Below are positions 14,206-25,621 of a stretch of 64,000 bases of DNA, piece after piece. Position 1 is the first letter of the stretch. Each line of letters begins with the position of its first letter. Source of the DNA: Asterias rubens (lineage: Eukaryota). The notes below the pieces were generated by a model. That model was not told the origin of the DNA. It searched no databases and was given only the letters and a program-made list of their open reading frames with translations. The stretch covers positions 1,426,001 to 1,490,000 of the forward strand of contig NW_022985693.1 of NCBI RefSeq assembly GCF_902459465.1. Direction: 5' to 3'. A program made the translations under genes and the position numbers.

Positions 14206-15529
14206 GGCGATGTGATCTTCAAATGTTATAAATCGAGCCCGAGTTTGATTAATGAATGACTCAATTGAAAGTAGAGTCTTGGTTTGATCCAAATAGTTTA
14301 CCTGCAACAATGTAAACATATCTCTTGTCTTTGTTCAGTTATTATGGGCATTTCGAATATGTTTACCACAATATTATGGGGTCTGCAATATTGTTGATAT
14401 TATTAAGGTATAAGATTGACCAGATCGTTTGTGTCAGTTTGGGAGACTAAGAGTAACCATTAAATTTGTAAAGAAAATCTGCTTTGGGTGTAAAAACTAA
14501 ATACATTGACTGCAAGTTCTTAGAAAAAGAGTTTCAAAAACACTGGTATTTCTATGTAACCTCATATTTTAATTGCCAAAGTTTTAATCTCAAAATTCCA
14601 GATTTCAAATAGGGAGGTGAGGGTGAGGGAGACACAGACATAAATGGGGGCTAGACATACTCAGAAACATAGAGGGGGAAAAGCTGTATCTCTGTTTTTT
14701 TTGTAGATATGGCATGATACCCCAAAGTACCAAGATCCACAAAATGCGCAGCACATAAACGCGCAGGTCTCCTTTTTGCAATTTTTTGTGTCAAAGTGAC
14801 ATGCACAAAAGGTGGACTCCCAAAAAAGGCATAAATGGCAGACGCGCATTGATTGGAGGTGCGTAAACTTATAATGTACCATCCTTTTGTGCATATTTTT
14901 ACACCCAAAAATGGCAGACAGGAGACTGAGTGTGCTAGTGCGCTGCACGTTGTACAACGGGTCTATTGGCCTGAATTAAAAACCACTGTTTGATGTTGTC
15001 ATAAAAACACAGTACATATCAAATATAAAAGTTGTTGCTTTGTGAAATAAAGTCAGTGTATCCAATAGTCATGGTTTCCTAAACAGGTTTCCACATCTTA
15101 TTATCACATTATTATATCTTATTTTAAAAGTAGTTAAAAAAAAAGTACGAGTGTAAGTATAGTGCCACTATAATTGAAGTTTGATTTCAAAATAAATTAC
15201 ATGGATATCAAACCTCTGAGAATTTGAGCCTCCCGTTTTTCCATTTTCCATTTATTTATAAAACAATATCAAATAAATTGTCTACTTGTGATAAGCCCTG
15301 AAATGGTTCTTTATTATAGCATGAAATTTTTAATGAGAGAAAAGTTGTCCAACATCACCAAAACAAAATGCAGCAAACATGTGATGAAGTTCAATCAGTT
15401 GAGGAGTTACTTCTAATACAGATTTATTTATCATCGGCTGATAGGATTAAAGATGTCACCTCTCATATGGACGAGTGTACAGGAGTTACAAAGCGGTATC
15501 TTTTTAAAGAACGTCCAGAACGCTTGACT

Positions 15530-17338
15530 TTACATTTTGATAGCAACAATTGGCCAGAAGGCAGGTGTAAAACGATCACAATTTCGATCAAACTGCATCT
15601 GCATTGCTGTCTCCATACCATGAATTCTTGCACAGTCTTTTCCATATAGAACCTGTTTTAAAACAAAAAAATCACAAAATAAATATTGGACAAGGCAAAA
15701 ACCGTCAACATTTTATACCACAAGCTCCACTGGAAAGTGCAAGTTGAGAAAATGAGATTGGGTTGAACAATTATATAGAGCGTGACTTGAACCTGCAACC
15801 CTCCGGATAAACGTGTCGGTGCTCTACAAACTAAGCTAGTATCTGGCTAAGTTGATATCTTTATTAGTGGTCTCCCTATTTTATCAATATCTTTGCCAGT
15901 GCAAAGCCAATCAACCTGTTACTGCCGTTTAGCCAGGGATCACACTAAATTGATGATAAAACCTGGGGAGCGGCAGCAGAGGGATAGGGATGCAACTTTT
16001 TTATTTCAAATATCAAGTAATAAACCAAAAGGGGAACTGACTCGGTAAAATTAATTTGAAAAAGGAAGACCGCCAAAATGGGTCCAGATAGCGTAGTTGG
16101 TTGAGCACCAGCATGTTAATCTGGAGGTCGCAGATTCAAGTCCTGCTCTAAACAATTTTTCTTTGTTCAACCCAAAATTGTTAACAATTTACCAGGTAAG
16201 TTTTCCTTGAGGTTTATTACTTGACAAGTGAATTTAGACAAGGCTTTGGTGTCAATGCATACCTTCATTTCTTTTCGTCTCCCTTCATCTGGTCTTTCCA
16301 CTGGTGCCCTGTAGTCACTGCTTTCCATTCTGTGATTTTTCTTCTTTTTTCTCTCATTTCCTTTCCTCTCTGTATTTGCTGCTTGAGCTTTCGCTTTATC
16401 CCTTTCCTCTCTAAATTTTTGTGATGTCTTAAAAAAGTCTATCATTTCTTGGCTCATCTCAATTTCCATACTCTCATCATCACTACTTCTTCCCTCAGCG
16501 GGATATTCATCAGGGTTATTGAATTCACTCTCATTGTAATGATGACCTCTTGCATGTGAAAAAGTGTGATGGTAATAAGGCGACTGGTCTCTGTGCTGAT
16601 TACCAGTATTCCAGGACGGTAAGGGTCCACCCATAACTGGATAACTTGTTGAGTAACTGGGGTAACTATAACATTGATTTGTCATAGATGGGTAATTGAA
16701 AGCTGGATGCCTATTTCTAAGCATCACAAGGTACGACCGCATCCATGATTGCATCGCCGAGTAATGTTGCCAATACCTACAAAATAAAGAAATGGCTGTT
16801 ACTGTCCAATTTGTAAATACTCAAAACGTTTACCATTTCCACCATTTTGGGAGTCAATTCCTTTTTTTGTCTTTTTGTGTACATTTGACTATCCATCCAT
16901 AAGGTTTGTATGTAAATCCACTCCGCTTCATGCAACTATTGCAAGTGGTATGGGATGGGGCCAAATATATAGCCTTGGAACGGAAAAGTTACCATATGGC
17001 GCCACCACTTTTTTGTTCGATATGAAATAATATCTAATTCTAATTTTTACCTCTTCCTCAAAATGAGCTATCCATTTTTGTAAAAATTAGTAAAAAAAGT
17101 GGTGGCGCCATACATAAAGTTATCCATAGCCTTTACCTCAGCTGGAATTGAGATCATAATAATATGAATATATGGTAATACCACCATGGAGGTAGAAATA
17201 GTATGGAGGAAGGAAAAGTAAAACCTACCTATCATATTGTGGCTGATAATACCATGGGTGATTCAGATGCATTGGGTTGGTGTTTTCTTCTTTTCCAAAT
17301 CCATCCTCGTCTGTAATTAGTCCAGCATCCATAATCAT
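15530..17338 (-). CDS. GEMIN8: Gem-associated protein 8 (SMN complex), 248 aa
   Basis: join(17338-17229,16776-16263,15652-15530), all GT-AG and phase-consistent. Encodes HPWYYQPQYDR|YWQHYSAMQSWM...MEIEMSQEMIDFFKTSQKFREER...APVERPDEGRRKEMK|VLYGKDCARIHGMETAMQMQFDRNCDRFTPAFWPIVAIKM*, matching the GEMIN8 motifs WY...RYWQHY, PxERP...EMK and LYG...IQAME...FD...CD...WP. Confidence 0.93.
15757..16176. mobile_element. Repeat with two inverted tRNA-like arms (tRNA-derived SINE/MITE composite) in GEMIN8 intron
   Basis: Plus arm 16081-16174 (gatagcgtagttggttgagc...gtt...gattcaagtcc) and minus arm 15758-15847 are mutual imperfect reverse complements with A-box and B-box-like motifs. Confidence 0.6.
16996..17125. 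mobile_element. Palindromic MITE; second copy at about 49415-49545
   Basis: Arms ccatatggcgccaccactttt / aaaagtggtggcgccatac are present at both loci. Confidence 0.6.
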
Positions 17339-17627
17339 CAGGTTAAACTCAATGAAGCATCTGCAATGTAGAACAACATGATCATGGTTTATCAATTAAA
17401 ATACTTCTCCACACAGGCCATTACCCAAACATTAATAAAGCAGGACAAGTTCCAAAAGGAACATTATATCTCACATTATCTACAACTAGTACTGGGCAAG
17501 GAGACACACACTGTACTGGGGTGTGATACCGCAAAGCAAAACTTGTTGATACCTCACGAATTGCTCACCATGTGACTCTCCATGTGACACCACATGTGAC
17601 GATGCAATACCTCTATGTCCCCATTAA

Positions 17628-17802
17628 ACCGTCCCAACTACAGTTGGACCGTCCCAACTTGTAGCTGGGATTGCCCATTAATTTACAGTTAAAACCAAAG
17701 ATCGTATAGCGCCGCTACGCGGCGCTATACGATCTTTGGTTAAAACTGTGTACCAACTTGAACACCCAAGTTGGGACTAGTCCCAACTATAGTTGGGGCG
17801 GT
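17628..17802. mobile_element. Palindromic MITE (GTCCCAACT arms) containing a 43-bp hAT-like micro-element at 17696-17738
   Basis: Outer arms are ccgtcccaactacagttgg / ccaactatagttggggcgg. The inner CAAAG...CTTTG hairpin is flanked by the 8-bp direct repeat GTTAAAAC (17688-95, 17739-46). Confidence 0.75.
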
Positions 17803-17883
17803 TGTCAAGATGGGCGTCTTTGGCGCGGTTTCTTTAGTTGAAAAGTGATTCCAGTGAAATGACAATCATCTCAACTGATCACA

Positions 17884-20800
17884 ATGCCTTCACAGGTTAT
17901 CATGGGTTGGATTCTGGATTATCTGGGTGATGTATTTTGGGAAGAATTCAAGGAACAAAGCACTCTTGATTATGATGCCAAGAGAAAACTCTTTCAAGGT
18001 ATTTAATTTTTGTTAAATTTAATTGAGTAGAAAAGTATCAATTTCATAATATAATTCTCTCGAGTCTTGACTCTTTTCTTGTCGCATGCCACTTCCTTCG
18101 TCAGTCAACGCGACGTCAGCTGATCTGACAAAGTGCAGCTGAGCTGCCAACTCTCCCTGCATTCCCCAATGCAGACATCTAAAATATTCTATGTTTTGAT
18201 TTTAAAACAAATTCGAAAATTTGTCTGGATTAACAAAATCTCACTTAATTATAGGGCTACATTTCTTTGATAAGTTGAATTTTTGCTTCTACCTGCATGT
18301 ATTTACACTTGCTGCAGACTTTTGGGGGTTTTTTTTTGATGAGTTTTGCAGCCTATTGAATTTTGACCAGTGAATGCTAAACCAGTCAAATTTAACACCT
18401 TTTCACCGTTAATTTGAGATTCAACAAAATTGAATCAGCCGGGTGTTGAAATGAATGGATTTTTGTTGAAATTGGTCTGGAAATACTCATTGTTTTTCTA
18501 TCCTAATGCAAATTACAAATAAAAGAGATCAAATGATTCTTTTCATTGAAAGTTTCAATTTTAATCATCAGGCATACTGTGTCAGAAAATGAAATTGGGA
18601 GTAGACAGAATAAGATTAAGAAACTTCTTAGTACTTTTGGTGCACCTGGTTGACGGCCGAGATGTCAAAGCCATTCATAAAGATAACCAACATGACACGC
18701 CCCTCGAAGAGGCCCTCGGGTGTTTTGAATTGGTCATGTCCGACTTGGAGTGTGATTGCACAGAGAACGAGGTTGAACAGTTTCGAGACATCATGAAGGA
18801 ACAGGTATGGGCCCAAAATGTAAAACCAGAACATTCTAGCTAGCTTATTGGCTTATAATTTTAATAAGCAAGAAAGGGCTGAGTTACCAGTTGCAGTTTA
18901 ATTATTGTATGGTACCTCGGCAGGTAACCTATTTTTACTAAGCAAATTACTAAGCTTTATTTTTGATATTTTAACTCCAAGGCCGTGATTGTATGCTGTA
19001 GATCAAAAGATTTTGACAAGGCCCATCTTGTGTTCCTGAATTTATTTGGTGAAACTGTACAAGAAGACCCTTCAAAACCAGACTCAAGGACAAGGGTAAG
19101 TGAAGGATGCTGTTTCGGACCTTGAACTCCGCTCTTGAAGGGGCACAGCCATTTTCCTCTAATAACGGGCACTTCTATGGGGAGGTTAACAATGAAAAGG
19201 GGTTAAGGTCTGGTTAGAGGTTAGCGACGAGTGGTTGACCTGGCAACAAGAAGTATGAAACACAAAGGACAAGATCAAAGGTTGAAAAGGGAAGAAAAGG
19301 TACTTAGTAAATGACACAGACTTAAATGTGGGATATCTTTGGACAAAAGGAGAAGGCATGGACAAAACTTTTAATTATGTCCTTCTTAAATGTACAGACC
19401 ATGGGGTTGAATGGTCTGAAGGCGCCTTGTCCACAGTTTCTAGCATTCTTGTTTTGTCTAACAGGTCAAAGTGCAGCGGCAGCTCCAGTCGTTTATCAAT
19501 GACAAGAAAGTCAGTCAGCGATTCCTGGATCTCCACTCTTATGAGAACTTCCTACAAGAAGCAAAGACATTCTTGCAGAAGATTTACAGCACATTCGAAC
19601 CTCCCATGTTACTCTCAGTAAGTCAAATAATTATTTGATATCTGAAATAAAAAGTCGCATCCACTAAAGGTAGCATGATCCCCTGGCTGCTGCTTCCCAG
19701 GTTGTATTGTTTGTAGTTTTGGTGTGATCCCTGGCTACATAACATTAAACGGTAATGGCTTCTGACTGGCACCCCCAACAAAGACATAATTTCCAAGAAC
19801 AGGGTAAGATGATGCATAGAGGTCATAGACTAGGAATGTGTGTGGTGTGCTTTTTAATAGTGAGAAATAGGAATGAGCCTTGAAATTACAGAGGAAATGG
19901 GCAACCTGTTGAGATGTATACAACTTCTGGGGGAATACTTAAGCTAATGGAAAATCTTCTTAATCATTACAGAAGTTGAAATAATAGTTGATAAAATATT
20001 ATTTTATTTATTTACAAGGCACAAAGGAAAGCCGACCAGCAGAAACCAGGAATAATTGATGCAATTGATGATGACATTTCTTTGTCATCAAAGGCGGGCA
20101 CATCTACAAGAAGATTCTCTCAGCAAAAAGGTCAGTTAAAATAAAATTAAAATTTTTAAAATAATTATAATAATAACAAGTTCTTATATAGTGCATTTCA
20201 CATTAACCGTATCAATGCGCTTTACGATAGTGCCCTGGTCAATGGGTCAATAAAATTTATCTTATTTAGCTCCCTGGGCAGTATACAACCTGGGCAACCG
20301 AAGCACTCAAAGGGCTTTTTCCTACAAAGTTTGAATCTCTACTCTAGCATGACCCATTTATACCCTTGGGTGAAGAGAAGCAGTTTATGGTAAGTATCTT
20401 GCTTAGCAGAGTGTGGATTCAAATTCTTTTCATGATATTAGGCACATACAGTAATTACATCGTTAAAAGCCTTAGGTTGTGTGTGTTTGTGTAATGTATG
20501 TGTAGGAGAACCCAGTGTACTTCATCCAGGTAGTCAAATAACACTTCTCTGAGGTGTTTTAGCTGGCATCTGTCCAGAGGACCAGCGTAGAAAAATTTGC
20601 GCTGTTGCAATAATTCTTTTTTTTTTAGGTCTTGGGAAGCCACCACGTAGCCTGTTGGACAGACATCACAGAGGTGATGACACATCAAACGAGAACAGGT
20701 TGCCAACTTTCGAGACTAAAGACAACAGTGGCACCTCGAAGGAACTGAGAGGAATATCACCCCGCAAGAGAAAGTGTACTGACACCAACACCGAAAAGGG

Positions 20801-23457
20801 GTACGATGTCAATTTCAGCAAAAGTTAAATCAATTGTTAGTTTTAGGTTGTATGAAATTAAAATGAATATATTTTGTTTAGATTGGCTGTGAAAACCTAT
20901 TTTGTTATTATTATTGTTTTTATTATTTCATCTTATCACAGCATTCAAAATAAAGATAACATTTTCCTTTGTGCCAGTAACTCCTCGAGTCGGGCTATGT
21001 CCCATAGCCTTAGATCTCAAGGGTCTATCGCAGGATCCTCGCTGTAACAGATCTACCCTAACATTTATCCTTATTTTATCTAGATGTTTCCCCAGTGATT
21101 TTGGAATGGTGCGAAGTGCTCCAACAACCACAGAACTACTTTCACTTTCACTCCCTAAACCTTACATACAAAGTTCCCTGGCCAGGTCTTGGTCAATTAG
21201 AATAGAATGGATAAACTGTCCCGAGTGTTAATGAACGTAATTTATAATAACCCTAGGAATTCTGGTTTGTAGGGTGCTCTAAGACTCCTTTATTTGTAAC
21301 ACCTCTTAGCGTGTACACCTTAGCGGAATTGAAAGCTGCTACGCCTTCACTAACAGAAAAAGACTGGATGGACATCAAAACAACATCTAATCCGTTGGTG
21401 AGTCACAACTTGAAATGAATCAATCTTTGTTCCCATCTCGGACACCAATATGTAGGTCAGCCCTTGTACTCAATAAAATATTTGTCCAAGGGCAAAATGT
21501 CATACCTGAACTTTGTTACTGAACTTAAAATTTTTCTTAAAACTGAGTTTTGGGCAATATCAATTTATTTTAATCACAATATATCGCTGACAATATATCG
21601 CGATATTTGATACAATGGCGATTAATTAAATTTGACATCATCAGTCTTCAAACTCCCAGTGAAAGTTGTAGAAGAGACAGTCATAGCATAAGAGAGGTGC
21701 TCTAATGACATATTCTTCTGGTTTTACTCCAAACCTATGGGGTGCAAGATGTCTCAGCTAGGAAATACATCGCGATATTGCGATGCTTAATCGATATCAC
21801 GATATATTGCGACATATTGATATTTTGATTAAAACCAAATTGATCCGATATCGAAATCGTTTCCAAATTAGTATCGCAATATTCAATAATATCGTGGTAT
21901 CGCCCAAGCTTAGTTTTCTTTTTCCAGGATTCCCTTGTGTCTGTTTATTTCTGGGGCTCTTTTTGTCACTATTCTCTTTAATGTCTGCCGCCCCCAGCGT
22001 CTCAAAAGTCTCCCATCACAAGAGTCGAACTGCCTTTTTCCTTTATCTAACTATTAATTTATCAACATTTTCTCTAAGAACTTTTTATTTTTCCAACAGC
22101 AAAGTGACTCCAAAGAAGAGAGTACTCCGACAGTGTCTACTCAAAGAAGGTATGGGGCAGCCTGGTCACCAATGTCCATTTCATAGCACACGGAAAGACA
22201 TGCAACTGGGCACTGGTTGGGTCAATGTTTGCATGGTGTAACTTTCAGCCGTTTATAAAATACTTTCTTTGGCTTATCAGTTCATTTTGTTCGGAAGTGA
22301 TTCGGTGCCTGTCGTTTTTACAGTTTTTTAATGGAAAGGGGTTTTACAGGGCATATTTTCCAGCACCTGGGTGAAACGGGGCGTATCACGATAGGTGCCT
22401 GCCTCACAACGCTACACAATGAAAAGTCCAGTAGGATAAAAATATCAGCCCCTGGATGTCAGCAAAACAAACTAGGAAAATCTAAAGTTGTTTTGGACAC
22501 TAAAAAAACATCCACCCTGATTTTGTCGAAAATAAAAATCCTGATAAGGATGTCATCAAATGCGAAGTGGTTAAAGTGTAAAGTGTTGACGTTCAATTTT
22601 CTGCGTTGTGTTTTCATGTTTTCATAGGGGAAACTCAATCCAGGACAAGAAGTACATTCCGAATAGAAACCAGGTTCTGTATAGCCGATCATCACCAGAG
22701 AAAGCAGAAGACACCAAAGATGATCTCATGTCTTTTGGGTCTGGTTCTGACACAAGTCTTCACTCCGACAGTAAGTTTGTATCTGTCTACTACTCGGTAT
22801 CAAAGGTTGACTTGGCCTTAACATATGATGTCACAATTCGAGGCCTTGAAGCACCTAGTGTGATCCTGTCAAATGTACCTTTGACCTCACATCAATTCAC
22901 ACGTGTGTACACATTGCACTTGATCGCAGTAGCAGTGATCAAAAGTATAGTTAAATATACATGTAATGTAGAAATTGAAAGCTTAGGCCACTGCAAGTTT
23001 ATTCACTGATATTATTGGGCCTGTAAGACAAAAACAGTTCTTGCAAATAAAGAAAGGGAACACTCTAAGGCTACTCAACTGGGCTTATTCCTGGGCAAAG
23101 TCACCATTGGGGCTCAAGCAGTGTGTAGTGCACAGTTGACTTGAGTAACCATTGGGGCTCAAGCAGGGTATAGTGCACTGTATAGGCTAACAATTTTGTT
23201 ATTTTATTTTTCAAGTGACCTCCCCAACCCGAAAGTCGCCGAAAAAACACCATAGCCATCACAATCATGGTTTTATGCAGCTGAGTAACAAGAAGCAATT
23301 CTGGACCCCTGAGGAGTGTGACCTGTTGAAGAAAGCCGTTGCCCACTTTGGCCCTGGCAAGTGGTCTCAAATGAGAATGGCATACGATTTCAACGGGCGG
23401 ACCAACGTCAATCTCAAGGATAAATGGCGTAATATGGTAACAAATGAGGAAGTCTGA
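17884..23457 (+). CDS. TERF1: Telomeric repeat-binding factor (TRF1/TRF2 family): TRFH dimerisation domain plus C-terminal telobox Myb domain
   Basis: Candidate exons: 17884-17998, 18572-18804, 18982-19095, 19465-19617, 20019-20130, 20629-20800, 21273-21397, 22100-22149, 22628-22770, 23216-23457. TRFH motifs are GWILDYL, TPLEEAL and KEQ|AVIVCC. The telobox reads FWTPEECDLLKKAVAHFGPGKWSQM...RTNVNLKDKWRNM. Exons 6 and 7 are not phase-compatible (see findings). TERF1 versus TERF2 cannot be assigned; it is probably a co-ortholog. Confidence 0.9.
20160..20420 (-). mobile_element. tRNA-derived SINE (degenerate); related copies at about 23575-23850 (-) and 34130-34260 (+)
   Basis: Shared body (gtccttgagcaag-like core, cttcaccca..ggtata), B-box-like head and (TAA)n-type tail. 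Confidence 0.55.
20945..21135 (-). mobile_element. 3' remnant of an RLE-type non-LTR retrotransposon (R4/Dong/Rex6-like)
   Basis: Translates VVGALRTIPKSLGKHLDKIRINVRVDLLQ, like the VVIGALG...LQK.ALLG...ILR C-terminus of the R4 clade. DNA is homologous to 43915-44145. Confidence 0.6.
21544..21912. mobile_element. hAT-like MITE with ATCGCGAT subterminal repeats in TRF intron 7
   Basis: Ends ttgggcaatat ... atcgcccaagctta; inverted copy of 7667-8020. Confidence 0.65.
23103..23178. repeat. 31-bp direct repeat x2 (period 45) just upstream of the last TRF acceptor
   Basis: accattggggctcaagcag.gt.tagtgcac at 23103 and 23148. Confidence 0.8.
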
Positions 23458-23937
23458 TTTGTAGGAGTTTAGTACTATTACTTTGTTAAAGGTTGCCAAC
23501 AACCCTTGCCCTCTTGTTTACAGTTCTTAGTTGGGTTTTCTTGTTAACTTTGTTTATCTATATATGTAAGTTTTATAATAGTAATAATGCAGCGCATTTT
23601 ATAAAACATGTAGTGCCCTAGTCATTGGGTCAGTAACATTCCAGCTCCCTGAGGAGTACATATATAACCTGGCAACCTTAGCGCCACAAAAGCTTTTTCA
23701 AACACACAATCCATCTCTACCCTTGCAGCTACCTTATTATACCCGTGGGTGAAAAGAAGCAACTATAGTGAAGCATCTTGCTCAAGGACAAAAGTGTAAC
23801 GACGAGGACTCGAACCCTAACTCCGATGACTTAACCACCAGAACTTGAATTTGATGCTCTTTTTTCATGTTTTCTGCTGATTACTGGTTCACCAGAGCAT
23901 TAACTTTCAAATAAAATTGAATAAGCTTGGTGAAAAA

Positions 23938-24162
23938 AGCAATGGACACTATTGGTAGTTACTCAAAATAGCTGTTAGCATAAAGTCTTGATATAAAAAA
24001 AACATTGAGAGAAGGTTCCCTCAGAAGTAGCGTACATGTACAGTAAAAACCAAAATTAATATTCTTTATCCCAATGCAAATTTAACATCTATAATGTTTG
24101 GATACACCTAGTGAGAAATGAGAATACTGGTCTTTGTCAATTACCAATTGTGTCCAGTGCCA
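23938..24162 (+). mobile_element. Internally deleted Kolobok-like family B MITE
   Basis: gcaatggacactattggtagttactc ... ttaccaattgtgtccagtgcca|TTAA. Confidence 0.6.
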
Positions 24163-25380
24163 TTAAAATAGATGTTTTTCTTTATGTTCTGGAAAAACCT
24201 ACATGTACATGTCAAATATTGTAACTATTATTATATTTCTGGTTATGAAACCAGGGATGCCTGAATTGAACTTTTTATTTATCATTTCTTTGGTAAGGGC
24301 GTAAAGCAGTTGGTCCTGTGTGTTGTGTAACGCACGTAAAATAACACAAACTGGTGCACTTATCAAAAAAGAAAATGGGTTTGCCCTGGTGTTCCTGGTT
24401 TGGTCGACAGCATATTGCGCCACAGCACCTTGTAAACCAATATAGGGTTCATACTTCAAAACAAAGCTCCAAATGCCTTTCCGGACAAAATACTGGGTGC
24501 TTTGATACCTCCTATAGGGATGTGATAAAGCGCTATTATAATTATTACTATTTACAATTAGAGTTATTATTAAAGTTAATTGCTTTATTGTTTTGGGTAC
24601 AGAATAAAATTAGACACTTGACGTTCACAATTATTCACCACAAGTAAAACTTTTAAAGGTCTCAGCCACAATCATATTTCAAAATTCAAGAATGAACTTA
24701 CATTACAAAACAAGCTCTCTCTGAAGTAACGTAGTTTTTTAGAAAGAGGTGATTTCTCACTGCAATATCAAAAAAGCCACGCCTGAAGCCTTTAATGAGA
24801 ATGTGAAAGCACACAAATTTGTGCTTTTTCTTTCATCATTCTCTTTCAACTCTGGTGACCAATCGAGTCAAAATTTTCACAGATTTGTTACTTTAATCAT
24901 GTTAACTTCCTCATAGTTTCACATACGTGTCAAGGTAATTACAAATTGTCTGCTCAGAACAAGGTCATTAGTGCAATTTGTATGGGTTTGATAAATTCCC
25001 TTTGCATATTTTGGAGCTCCTGGTAATATTGGGGCTTATTGATCCAAAGAGTAAAATTATGTGACTCGAATAATAATAAGTTTTGTGCGATTCCAAATAG
25101 ACAGACATAATAATGTGTAAAAAATAAATTAAATAAAATGGTGCCAAATCAGTACAGTTACGATGGTCAGCGGCCCCAAGCTGAGGCTTTGGTCATTTAT
25201 TAATTTATAAATTTACAGTTTTTTATCTATTTTTATAAAACCCTGTATTTTTGTGTTTGTGTTTAAAGGGTGTGCCAATAAAGAAAACTTGTTTTGAGAG
25301 ATTCAAATCGACTGGCAGACTTAATAAATGTGTGTTTTATAAGTTTTAGTTTTTTCGTTGTGACTGGGTTGTGTTTGCCA

Positions 25381-25621
25381 AATATATCAAGGTGAGCCGC
25401 TTATTCATTGTGTAAACATGTCGGTAACGGAGATCGACCACTGTCGACTTGTCTTAGCCATCCGTCAACAGTCAAGTTGCCCAAACAGACTTTGAGTTGT
25501 CAATATATCAAGGTGAGCCGCTTATTCATTGTGTAAACATGTCGGTAACGGAGATCGACCACTGTCGACTTGTCTTAGCCATCCGTCAACAGTCAAGTTG
25601 CCCAAACAGACTTTGAGTTGT
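25381..25621. repeat. Exact 121-bp tandem duplication
   Basis: aatatatcaaggtgagccgc...gactttgagttgtc at 25381 and 25502. Confidence 0.9.

Noticed and set aside
15757-16176. Functional tRNA-Asn genes
   Set aside because: Acceptor and anticodon stems pair poorly, and the units are embedded in a repeat, so treated as tRNA-derived.
19183-19226. Telomere-like ggtta(a/g) words in TRF intron 3 (autoregulation idea)
   Set aside because: No perfect TTAGGG dimer; compatible with chance.
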